DNA of 64,000 nucleotides, taken from positions 6,138,001 to 6,202,000 of the forward strand of contig CM075985.1 in NCBI GenBank assembly GCA_038087875.1. Direction: 5' to 3'. A program made the translations under genes and the position numbers. The notes beneath the pieces were generated by a model, which saw only the letters and a list, made by a program, of their open reading frames with translations, was not told where the DNA came from and searched no databases. Of this stretch, positions 1 through 11,194 are shown one piece after another. The stretch's first letter is position 1. Each line of letters opens with the position of its first letter. This stretch comes from Malacoraja senta (Eukaryota).

Positions 1-969
1 GACTGCTTGAAGTCTGCGATTCATGGACATCACCAGTTGCTGGATGTCTTCTCTGGTGATGCTCTGCCAGGCCTGTATTGCAGCCATTTTTAGCTTATGC
101 TTGCTTTGGGGGCTAGTCCCCTTCAGTTTTCTCTTCAGCATATAAAAGGCATGCTCAATTGTGTTCAGATCAGGTGATTGACTTGGCCACTCAAGAATTG
201 ACCATTTTCTAGCTTTGAAAAACTCCTTTGTTGCTTTAGCAGTATGTTTGGGATCATTGTCTTGCTGTAGAATGAACTGCCGGCCAATGAGTTTTGAGCA
301 TTTGTTTGAACTTGAGCAGATAGGCACTTCAGAATTCTTTATGCTACTACCATCAGCAGTTGTATCATCAATGAAGATAAGTGATCCAGTACCTTCAGGA
401 GCCATACATGCCGGGCCAAAACACCGCCACCACCATGTTTCACACATGAGGTGGTATTCTTTGGATCTTGGGCAGTTCTTCTGTGGACAGTGGTCATTGA
501 CAAATCCACACCTGGCTCCTAAAGAGTGTTTCTGATCTGTCGGACAGGTGTTTGGGAGTTTTTCTTTATTATAGAGAGAATTCTTCTGTCATCAGCTGTG
601 GAGGTCTTCCTTGGCCTGCCAGTCGCTTTGCGATTAGTAAGCTCACCAGTGCTCTCTTTCTTCTTAATGATGTTCCAAACAGTTGATTTTGGTAAGCCTA
701 AGGTTTGGCTGATGTCTCTAACAGTTTTCTTCTTGTTTCTCAGTCTCATAATGGCTTCTTTGACTTTCATTGGCACAACTTTGGGCCTCATGTTGATAAA
801 CAGCAATAAAAGTTTCCAAAGGTGATGGAAAGACTGGAGGAAAGACTAGGTGCTGAGAGCTCTCTTATACCTGCATTAAGGAGGCAATTAAACACACCTG
901 AGCAATTACAAACGCCTGTGAAGCCACGTGTCCGAAACATTATGGCGTCCTGAAATGGGGGGGCCTATG
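1..969 (-). mobile_element. Tc1-like DNA transposon remnant, internally deleted; the other end lies outside the window
   Basis: ORF 519..806(-) is a Tc1 paired/HTH N-terminus (ISQTLGLPKSTVWNIIKK...GRPRKTS..DDRRI). A CAGGTGTG-type inner repeat lies near 890-900, and the putative terminus is followed by TA at 970-971. Confidence 0.85.
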
Positions 970-2164
970 TACGAGCACAGCTGTAATTTCTACATGGTGA
1001 AACTAAAATGTATAAAAAATGGCCTTTATTAAAATCAAATAAATAAATGATGGGTCTTTGTACACTGAATGACATGATGGCACTGTATGTCATGTCTTGG
1101 AACATAGAACAGTGCAGCACAAGAACAGTCCTTTGCCCTGGTTTTATTTTTAACATAACATGACAAACCTGATGAGATTGTTTCCATTTATAATCTGTTC
1201 AATAATGTGATAGAAGTTCTCCTCTAAGTGGTAATTACAATAAAAAATCTTTTAAAACTTAAAAATATCATCCTCCGTATACTTTCCAGTTCTCCCTTCT
1301 CTCACCAAATCTTTTGACACACACTGTTTCCTCCTTTTCAAATTTTTATTTTATTGCCTATCTCCTATCCCTATATAAACAGTATTTCAATGTTCCATGT
1401 TAATGGTATCACACCATTTGGTTGATACATTATTTCTCCTATCGTTCAGAGTTCGCAATATTTTTGAGTCTTATATTACTTTGCAAACCCCCTTTGAAAG
1501 AATCTTTTAATGAATAAATGACCTCAGTGGAAGATAAAATCTTCACATTTGAGTAATTTTCCAACTTAAAATAGAAACTGAGAGCTTCACTCTTATGATT
1601 CAAATTAGTAAAGGATTGGTTCAGTTAATTTACACATTGCAGCTTCAAGGTTTGTGGTGTTCTTTGTAAAAGTCCTGTTAGGGTCTTGTGATGCTTCCCA
1701 ATAAGTGCTCTCTGGTCAGCAATATCTAATAATAGGTAGCTGATCTGCAACACATAATCCCTTTATTTTCTGGACAAATGGCAATAACATTTAGTTTGCT
1801 GAAGCTACTTTGAGTGTAAAAGTGGTATTTGTTTCCCACCCATTTCATATGGCAAAATGTAGCATTTCATACCGCAGTTAGCTTGTCGCTTGAAATTCTT
1901 AGCAGTGACATGTAAGTTATGTCAAGCCTTCTGCACCAATCCCTTTACTTTTGCCTTGAATCGTCTTTCATAACATCAATGATGTCATCTTGTGGATGGA
2001 GCTGCATTTATTCACATCATGGGAGTAAAGAGAGTAGAGTTGGGGGGGACAAGCACGCTGCATGGTGCACCTGTGTCAGGTGAGGAGGAGATGTTGATAT
2101 CGATCCACACTGAATGAAGCCTATGAATGAAGAAGTGAAGGATCCAGCGGCAAAGGGAGGTACA

Positions 2165-2585
2165 CCGAAGATAGTCACAAAATGCTGGAGTAACTCAGCG
2201 GGTCAGGCAGCATCTCTGGAGAAAAGGAATTGGTGACGTTTTGGGGCGAGTCCCTTCTTCAGACTGAGAGTCAGGGGAGAGGGAAACTAGAGATATGAAA
2301 AGGTACAAAGAACAAATGAATGAAAGGTGTGAGAAGATAAAATCAAAGTCAGTCAGATGATCAAGGAAAGGTTGAGCCCACAATGGTCCATTGCGGCTGT
2401 GGAGAAGTTGATAACAAGTGGATACAAACTGAAACGAAACAGGATGACAGTGAAACTAGTTGGACGACTAGGGTTGGGCAGGGACGGAGAGTGTGGGGAT
2501 GCAAGGGTTACTTGAAGTTGGAGAAATCACTATTCATACCGTTGGGTTGTGAGCTGCCCAAGTGAAATGTGATGTGCTGTTCTGG
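2165..2585 (-). mobile_element. 3' fragment of a Penelope-like element (end of GIY-YIG region plus terminal repeat)
   Basis: Homologous to 35238-35600 and 48428-48740; contains a decayed ctgaagaaggg..aaaacgtcacc motif. Confidence 0.75.
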
Positions 2586-2589
2586 TCAA

Positions 2590-3600
2590 GATTTTGAATC
2601 TTGTTGATATGTTTGGAGGGGATGATTGTGTTGAAAGCCGAGCTGTAGTTGTTGAACAGCAGGCTGGCGTATGTGTTCCTGTCATCCAGGTGGTCGGGGT
2701 GGAAGATTGCAACCTTCACGTGGTCCGCCCTGTTTCGATGAATGCAATCAACCTGGCGTGCACAATCAAATAAGATCAAATAGAACAAGTTGTCCTACAA
2801 CTTTAGGCTGTGCACGCCATACGCAAGAAGAAGAAGGTGGTCCAGAGCAGAGTGGATATCCAGTGAAATAGCATCTGCTGTTGACCTATCGGCAGTTTGA
2901 AGTGGATCCAGGTTATTTTTTTGAAGCAGGAGTTGATTCATCCTGTAACCAACCTCTCGAGGCACTTCTTTAAGGTGGATGTACATGATATGGGATGGTA
3001 GTCACTGAGGCAGATCACCATGTTCTTCTTGGGTACTTGTACAACAGATGTCCCTTCGAAGCAGGTGGAATATCAAGCCACAGAAGTGAGAGATTGAAGG
3101 GATGCTGTGTGAGCCAGCCGAGGATTCACCCTCATGAAGGAATCATAAGTTATAGGAGCAGAATTAACCCATTCGGCCCATCAAGTCTACTCCGCCATTC
3201 AATCATGGCTGCTCCTCTGACATCGGCCTCAGAGACTGAGATCATAGGGCTGTCAGGAGCTGTGGGGGCTTGTGCAGGTGTGCCATTGTTCCTCTTTTCA
3301 AAGCATGCATAGAGCCTAATCTGGAAGTGATGCATTTTTGCCACTTGCATTGCCCAGTTTTGCCTCGTTGGAAGTAATTGCATATAAGACCTGCCACAGC
3401 TGACGACTATGGCATATTCATTCAGGACCACTGACAAATCCTTAAACAAGGCCCAGTTCCAACAGTTTGTAGCAGTCCCATAACTGACGTATGTGTTCCT
3501 GTTATCCAGATGGTCCAGAGTAGAGTGCAGATCCAGTGAAATAGCATCTGCTGTTGAACTAATCTGACTATAGGCATATACCTCTGCCTTTCGTGACCAA
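2590..3600 (-). mobile_element. Rex1/Babar-type LINE RT fragments, rearranged, with a short CR1 tail at ~3140-3215
   Basis: Translations include HLDDRNTYASLLFNNYSSAFNTIIPSK and RSTADAISLDLHSTLDHLDNRNTYV, typical of Rex1/Babar RT. Confidence 0.75.
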
Positions 3601-4837
3601 CTCTTCGTAGTCCTCTTTGCCAGTACCATGTTCTTCTGTCTCTAACTGTACGCAGGAAGAAGAAACACAGCCAGGTGGGAATCATGTAGATCTGGCCTGG
3701 GCCGCAATTAATTCTACTGGCAACAAATGCTCATCAGTGTGCTCTCACCTGGGAGAATGTTTTGGACAGGCTGAGTGCACTGATTGAATGCAAGAGATAA
3801 GACCAAAAAAAAATGTATTATGCAAATCATCTCTTCCTTGGGTAGATAACATAAATGAGGTGTTTACTCCCAGCGGAGTAACTTACACCAGTGGTGTGGT
3901 TGGCTTTACAAAATGGCCTCAAGCAGGGAAATGATGCCTTAAAAACTGGTGGCTCTGACAGAGCACATCTTTTTACACCCTGATGTTTCTCTGCACATTG
4001 GTTGTACGATAATAGAGGTGCTAAAATCCTAATAAAGTATGAACATGTATTAATGCTGCAAACCAATCTGACTGCAGCGGTTTAATTCCTCTGCATGGCT
4101 TATTGTCTCCATCACGGATTATGTACGTTTTCTCATTGAGGGAATATTCAACCAAGGGCCATTAAAGTCAGAGTACATTGTGGTGGTGAATTAATTATTG
4201 GAGCATTTTCATGCAAAACATCTAATTTTTTGATTATTCATAGTGGTCCCAGCTGCACTTAATACTGTCGTAAGCACGAATCACTGGTTGCTTTAATAGG
4301 CAAAATAGAGAGAATGATATTATCAGACAGAGGTCAGGTATTTGACAGCGGTAGGATTGTTTGAATATAAAATAGATCTGTTACTTGATTTGCACGCGGA
4401 GAGGCATTGATTCACAGTCTGCAGCTTTAGGCTTCATTAATGTCCTGCTTGGTATGCAGTGTGTGCACATTCACTTGTGTTTCAGTTAAAGATGCAAGTG
4501 TGTCGGTGTTTATTTTTGACCAGCATTGAAATTTTAAGGCAATTTGTCTCACTGTTACAGGAACAACAGACTCTAATTGCCGGGAAAAACTTAACGCCTT
4601 TTACCTGGAATGTTGACTTCATCGATTCTAGCTCGCTATCAGTGCAGAGTTAGTTTTCCACTTCAAACTCATACGTGGTTTTCATTGCATGTGTATGTAT
4701 GCTCAATGCCCAATTTCTTTCGACATTTGAAACACCCTGTAAAAGCTATGTGCAAATTACGTGTAAAATTATCCTTTGTTGTTTACATTGGTTAATCCCA
4801 ACCGTCAAGTGGTAGATAGAGAACACAGAAAAGTGAA

Positions 4838-4968
4838 TAGACAAAAATGCTGGAGGAACTCAGCGGGTGAGGCAGCATCTATGGAGCGAAGGAAATAGGC
4901 AACGTTTCAGGTCGAAACCCTTCTTCAGTCTACCTTCGATTTTCCAGCATCTGCAGTTCCTTCTTAAA
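4838..4968. repeat. Short Penelope terminal-repeat copy with an inverted 3' piece
   Basis: A reverse arm containing ctgaagaagggtttcgacctgaaacgtt is joined to a forward 3' end (cttcgatttt..cagcatctgcagttcc). Confidence 0.75.
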
Positions 4969-5884
4969 CAGGAATGTGAATAGGCTGTTTTCCAAATGAA
5001 ACCCATTCTGTTGCTCAGTGAGCTCATGGTTGATCTATAATATAACTCTATATCCTTGCCTTTTTCCTCCACCCTTGGTAATCTCTGGTTTAGATGAAAT
5101 TATTGAGTCGCTTTTAATTGCCAACCGAAAAACAAAAAACTGCAGAGGTTGGAACTCTGTAATGAAAGTAGAAAAATGCTGAAAACATTCAGTCGGTCAG
5201 GCAACATCTGTAGAAACATTCAGCAGGTTAGACCACATCTGTTGGAAGAGAAGCAGAGTTAATGTTTCAAGTTGAAGATGCTTTACCAGATCTTGGAGGG
5301 AGAGAAAAGAAACTGTTTAAGGGGCAGGATTTATGTAAATATTTCTGCCAATATATGTTTCCTTTGGTCTGAGGGTGTTTGTTAATTATTTTTTGAAGAA
5401 GAAGACATGTTTAAGTTATTTTGGTAATCAACTAGTTGAAGGAAACTGCACAAGTAAAAATCAATATAATTTTTGTTACAACTTTAGGGTTCAATCGGCA
5501 GTCTTCGTGACTTCATGGCATGGTTTAATTTGAACCTTTAAACTTTTAGACGTAAAAATTTTACAATGAGTACCCAGAACTTCAGAAATTTATCCTTGCT
5601 ATTCTGGAAATGTAAACAATAGATGTTTCCATAATCCAGATATTTCTTTACAACTTCCCAATAGTTATAGAATCAATTTGACCAGCTGTATTCTCTCAAG
5701 TAAGTAACAATGAATGTTCAAGCAGAAAGAATAGAAATAAACTGTATTAGTAATGTGAGTGCAAACTAATAGATAGTGCACAAGGCAAAACTAGAAGTAA
5801 AAGTCGAAGCAAAGACAGAGCTGAATTTCATCATATCGTGAAATAAGGTAATGGCACTTAGGCTGCATGTTTTGGAATGTGGGG

Positions 5885-6165
5885 GTTGTTCTTATTTAGA
5901 AAGGAGATGAGGAAAAACGTTTTCACACAGATGGTTGTGAATCTGCGGAATTCTCTGCCTCAGAAGGCAGTGGAGGCCAATTCTCTGGATGCTTTCAAGA
6001 GAGAGTTAGATAGAGCTCTTAAAGATAGCGGTCAGGGGATATGGCGAGAAGGCAAGAACGGGGTACTGATTGTGGATGATCAACCATGATCATATGAATG
6101 GTGGTGCTGGCTTGAAGGGCCGAATGGCCTACTCCTGCACCCATTGTCTATTGTCTATTGTTTAT
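5885..6165 (+). mobile_element. CR1 LINE 3' end
   Basis: EMRKNVFTQMVVNLRNSLPQKAVEA...FKRELD C-terminus, gggccgaatggcct 3' hairpin and (ctattgt)n tail. Confidence 0.85.
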
Positions 6166-6724
6166 TGGCAGGTTAACTGAGGCCTCCGTGACTATATGTT
6201 CCACAGAATTTTTAAAGAATGCCAGTAAAAAACAGATGTGAATAAACCTGACACATGTTGTATCATTAAGCTAAAAAAAAACTCCTGAAAAATGAAACTG
6301 TTTTATTTTGGCTTGATAAGTTTGCGATTTGGTCGTTCTTATTTATTGATGAAGTGAAAATATTTGTGTTTAAAAAAGAGATGACATTGAGATAGTGGAT
6401 TTTGGGCACTTTGTATTATTAACACCTAATTGGTTCATGTTTCCCAAATCTAAAATGACACCACAAACCACATGTCTTTCAAACTGCAATTGTAAACTAT
6501 GTTGGACATTGTTTACAGAGAAAGCATTAAATAGTATGTCAAACCGCAACTGCATCAAAATACTGATTTACAGAAAACAGAAGAGTTTAACACTGGTTTA
6601 TCTGTCAAAGTATGAAGGAAAGAGATAGGCAGGAAGAAATTCACAGGAATTTTGTAATTTGCACCTGAAATTTTATTTAAGGGGTACTTCCCCTGAGTCA
6701 CACTGAAGTCAACATTTTCATGGA

Positions 6725-8065
6725 TGTAGTCGGGACGTGAGGGGCTGAGCTATAAGGAGAAGCTGGGCAGGCTCGGACTTAATTCCTTGGAGCACAGGAA
6801 GATGAGGGATGATCTTATAGCAATGTATAAGATCGAGGGAATAGATTAGATTCGATTTTATTTGTTGTCATTTGAACCCAGAGGTTCAAACGAAATTTAG
6901 TTTCTGCAGTCATACAAACAAGAAGAACCAAGACACAACACAGTTTACACATACATCCATCACAGCGAATTCCCCCTCACTGTGATGGAAGGCAAAGTCT
7001 TATCTCTCCCCTGCACTCCCCATTCTCCTCCCGATGTCAGAGTCAAAGCCCCCGGCTGGCGGTGGTAAATAAGTCCCACGGCCATTAAAGCCGCGCCGGG
7101 CGATCCAAGGCCACGCTCCGGGTCTTAATGTTGGAGCCCCCAGCGGGTGCTAGCAAGTCCCGCGGCAATTTAAAGCCGCGCCGGGCGATGTAAGGCCCAG
7201 CTCCAGGTAAATTTCAACCCCGCAACTCGGGCGGGAGAAGTTGCCGTTGCGGAAGCTCCGAAAAGCGGTCTCCCACCAGGGAACCACGAGCTCCCGATGT
7301 TACCGTCCACCGGGCCGGCGGCTGGAGCTTCCGAATCTCCGGGGTCGGGCCGAAGCAGCGCGCCACCACAGCTCCTCCCGCTCCGAACTCGGCCAGCTCA
7401 ACGATGGTAAGTCCGCAGGCTCCGCGACTGGAGCCCCAGGTCGTTCCGGTTGGAGGCCGCTCCACGGTGCTAGGTCCCAACGACAACGGAGACCTGACAG
7501 AGAAAGGTTGGGTCCCCCGTACAGGGAAAAGATTTAAAACGTTTTTCCCCCACCCCCCCCATCCCCCCTGCCCCCCCCCCCCCCACACATACCCAGTTTT
7601 AAAAAAAACACTATAATCCACACTCAAACGAGACAAGAAAATAAAAAAAGACAGACGGACTGCAGAGGCCGCTGCGACGTGGCTCTATGGCGTGGCGACT
7701 ATGGTAGATTCACAGAGTCTTTTGCCAAGAGTGGGGGGTATCAAGAACCAGATGACATAGGTTTATGGTGAGAAGGGAAAGATTTAATAGGAACCTGAGG
7801 GGCATTTATTTCACACAGAGATATTTCACACTATAGATATATAGAATGAGTTTCTATGGGTGGGGGGGGGGGAGAGGGGTGGTAGCTGAGGCAGGTACCA
7901 TAGCAACATTTGAAAGAAATTTGGACACGTGCATGGACAGGAAAGGTTTGGAGGGAGATGGGCCAAACGCAGGAAGATTGGACCAGTGTAGATGGGGTAT
8001 CTTGGTTGATATGGACAAGTTGGGCTGAAGGGCCAGTTTTACATGTTGTTTGACCCTCTGTTGTA
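6725..8065 (+). mobile_element. CR1 LINE 3' fragment interrupted by the 6846-7703 insert
   Basis: CR1 ORF2 C-terminal sequence (..LSYKEKLGRLGL..) stops at ~6845 and resumes at ~7704, running on to the gggctgaagggcc tail. Confidence 0.75.
6846..7703 (-). mobile_element. GC/CpG-rich non-coding insertion, probably a non-autonomous LINE (Rex1/Babar-like) derivative
   Basis: Interrupts a CR1, with tagatt on both sides (possible TSD). The left end resembles a Rex-type 3' tail (AATAAA and aatct repeats on the - strand). There is an internal ~55-bp direct repeat and no credible ORF. Confidence 0.45.
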
Positions 8066-10971
8066 TCATCAATTATTAGATGGACCACTTGTTGTCAATA
8101 TTGTTATCTGGAAATATTTAATGATATCTAATGCACCATCTCTCCAGCTTCATTATCTGCTCCCACAACATCTTCCAAGTGAGATACAAGACTGATCAAC
8201 AATGTTGTGGTTTTCATCCGTCGCCTCAGCCAAGTGGCTGAAGATTACATTTGACACACACATTTCCCCTAAAAATGCTTTAAGACTGTCGATCAAAAAA
8301 TATGAACCACTGATTGCATGTTTATGGTTTATCTGGACAGGTGGACTACATTTATAATTTCTTGCGAGAGTCTTTGGCGAGTTCTTTTTCCAAGGGGAAA
8401 ATTGATGTGAACATGTGATGAAACATTTAGAATATATGATGAGGATAACCAACTACATTTGCCTTGAAATTATGAATGGAAAAATATGTTATTTTCATTT
8501 ACCATGTTTTTATTTCCATGCATGCCTTTCTTCAGAGGGTCGGCAATGTTTATGAGAATGATTGCCCTGTTCTTAACATTATTACATGCTTCAGCTCAGA
8601 AGGTGAACTGCTAGATGCATGTTTTTCTCAACTTTGGAAGTTTTGTATTTCAAAATTATAGTGGAATTTCTGAGTGGCAAGTCTTTCTTCCAAAATTGTA
8701 ATTTGGCAACAAATTTGGATGATTTTTTAAGACAAATCCGATCATAAATTTTTTCAGTAAATACCCTTCACTTTACTGTTCACTGTGGGGAATATTGCTA
8801 ATTTTGAAAACTAATTTCAGCTGAGTTGGGGAATCATTCAGGCATCAATCTAATCATCTATAACGTCAACAGGAAGTCTCAATTGCATTACTGCTTTGTA
8901 ATTCACTTAGAGATATCCATTGCCAATGATATAATTTTATTTGCAGCAAATGATGATTGCTACTGGCTTGGCTAATAGCACTGTCTTTCCTTTCGACTGA
9001 GCTTACCTAGAATTACTTGAACCTCAATAAAAATAAAACAGGGTCTATTTGTACTGTTTGTTATTTGTCTTTACAGAGGACCGTACAGAAGGAATAGGAA
9101 CTTTTAATTCATTTTCCAACATTGAGAATTGTTATCATTTTAAAAATAATTTAAATCATTGAAGATAATTAAAATAATTGAAAGACACAAAAGCTGCCAG
9201 ATAATTATGTCAGTAAAAATGATTACTAGAAAATTACTGCAAAAAAGACCACTCTGCAGTCCCAGATTCTGTCTGTTTATTGTTATGGTTTCAACTAATC
9301 TTCAGCTCCCAAGAATAAAAGCTATCATTTCACACATCAATGTCATGTTTACCTTTAATTGGCATTCCTTGATTAGCTAAGTGGTTGAAAATCACTGCTC
9401 TTTCCACTGCCAAAATCATTGCTCATCAGATTAACCTTGATTGGACAGGACAGCTTAATGTAGGGGCTATTAAGCTTTTTTTCCCCCCTATTTTTTTAAC
9501 TCATTTGGTGCCATATTTATTCTCATTTCCCACATGGATGTGATGCCGACAGCTTTTGTAGGCTGAATTTTCTGAATCAATTTGATTTAACCATGCAGTT
9601 TACCATCTGCCCACCCACCACTTTCCCTTATCATCAGAATTCCATTATTATCATAGTATTGTCAAAATAATAAGTTAATATATTTTTCTTTGGATTCATT
9701 TCTTCAAAAAACATTGAAATAAAATTTCTGATGTCAGTGACACTGTTGGCAGATGCTGAGCTCCTTTTATGTTTTTTAGTCCATTTTCTATTGTTATTCA
9801 TATTCTGTGTAAATCAGAAGCATGTTGGGTGGTGTTCTCAATGTTACATCACTCAAACTCCTAATCTCAGCTACTTGAAGAAATAGCTGCAGTCAAATTT
9901 CAAGAATTGTTATCTACAGCTCGATCATTTATCATATCACTTGTGAATGGTTTATTCTAACATTGACTGTTGTGGACTATAATGTCGGTAAAATAACAAA
10001 ATGGGCTTTTTTTTTTTTAAGGATACTGCAGTCTTGGACAAGAAAAGGATATGAAAGATCTCTTTCAAGGCAGAGAGTTGGGTATAGATAGATCATTGCT
10101 TACACACATTATTCATTTCTAATTAGTGGTATGGTACTGAAGTCGTAGGAAAATGGCAATAGTTCTGCACCAAACTGCAGTGACCTTTCTGTCTACCTCC
10201 TGTTACAGGAATTCTATGAAGTATAGTCGTGTGTAATACTTCCTCACTAAATCAAATGTCACACTCATCTGGGAGTTCATTTCATCGCAGTGAAACAAAT
10301 AAGGCTGGGCTCTTCTCGGTTTATGTCAAATAGCTTGTTCAAAACCTGCTTTGATGAAAATCAGTTTGAGCCGTAAGCAAAACACAAGGTTCGCACAAAA
10401 TCTCAACTTCTGTGGTATTCAATCCCATTTGGCCAAATCCTACAGGAATTGTGCAACTTCACACAATCAACACTGCACGAGGTGCACTGTGTCCCAATTC
10501 TCCTGTGTAGATGGATTATACATAACCATTCAACATTCCTCTAACTCTTAAAGGCCACTCAGGTTTCAAAAACAAGATTATTAAATTAAAAACCGCACAA
10601 AATGTTATAAAGTAACCCAGTTTCTTGTCCTCAAAAATAATTTCCCTTGTGAACTAACCTTCTCTGACCCTATTTCCAGTCAGGCTTCCATTCTATTCTC
10701 AGTGTCGCCAGCTCTGTTGTAACTGTTCTGATGATCAGACGTTTTGGGTAGTTCTGAGTTTTTTTTCCTTCATCCTTCTACCAGAATTGACAGGGCTTTC
10801 AATAGCGTCGGCTCCATTTCCCACATCTTCTCTTCTCATCTTCTCTCCTCCCAGCCATGACAAGGATGATTGCTGCAGCTGCTCTGTTCATGAGGACAGG
10901 GTTATGTTCACCCCCTCACTTCCTCAAGTCAACTATTAAATGTTTGGTCTTGCAGACATTAAGGACTGAGT

Positions 10972-11190
10972 TAGACACAAAATGCTCGAGTTACTCAGCA
11001 GACAGGCAGCAGCATCTCTGAAGAGAAGGAATGAGTGACTTTTTGGGTCGACACCTTTCTTCAGACTCTCTTCAGTCTTGACCCAAATCTTCGCCAATTT
11101 CTTCTCTCCAGAGATGCTGTCTGGCCCGCTGAGTTATTCCAATGTTTTGTGTCTATCTTCCATGTAAACCGGCATCTGCAGTTCCTTTCT
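10972..11190. repeat. Palindromic (inverted dimer) Penelope terminal-repeat element
   Basis: tagacacaaaatgct...cttcagact is followed by its imperfect reverse complement ...gttttgtgtcta and the gcatctgcagttcc end. Confidence 0.8.
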
Positions 11191-11194
11191 GCTT

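Noticed and set aside
7214-7636. Overlapping 70-140 aa ORFs
   Set aside because: GC-rich repeat sequence lacks stops by composition; no recognisable domain.
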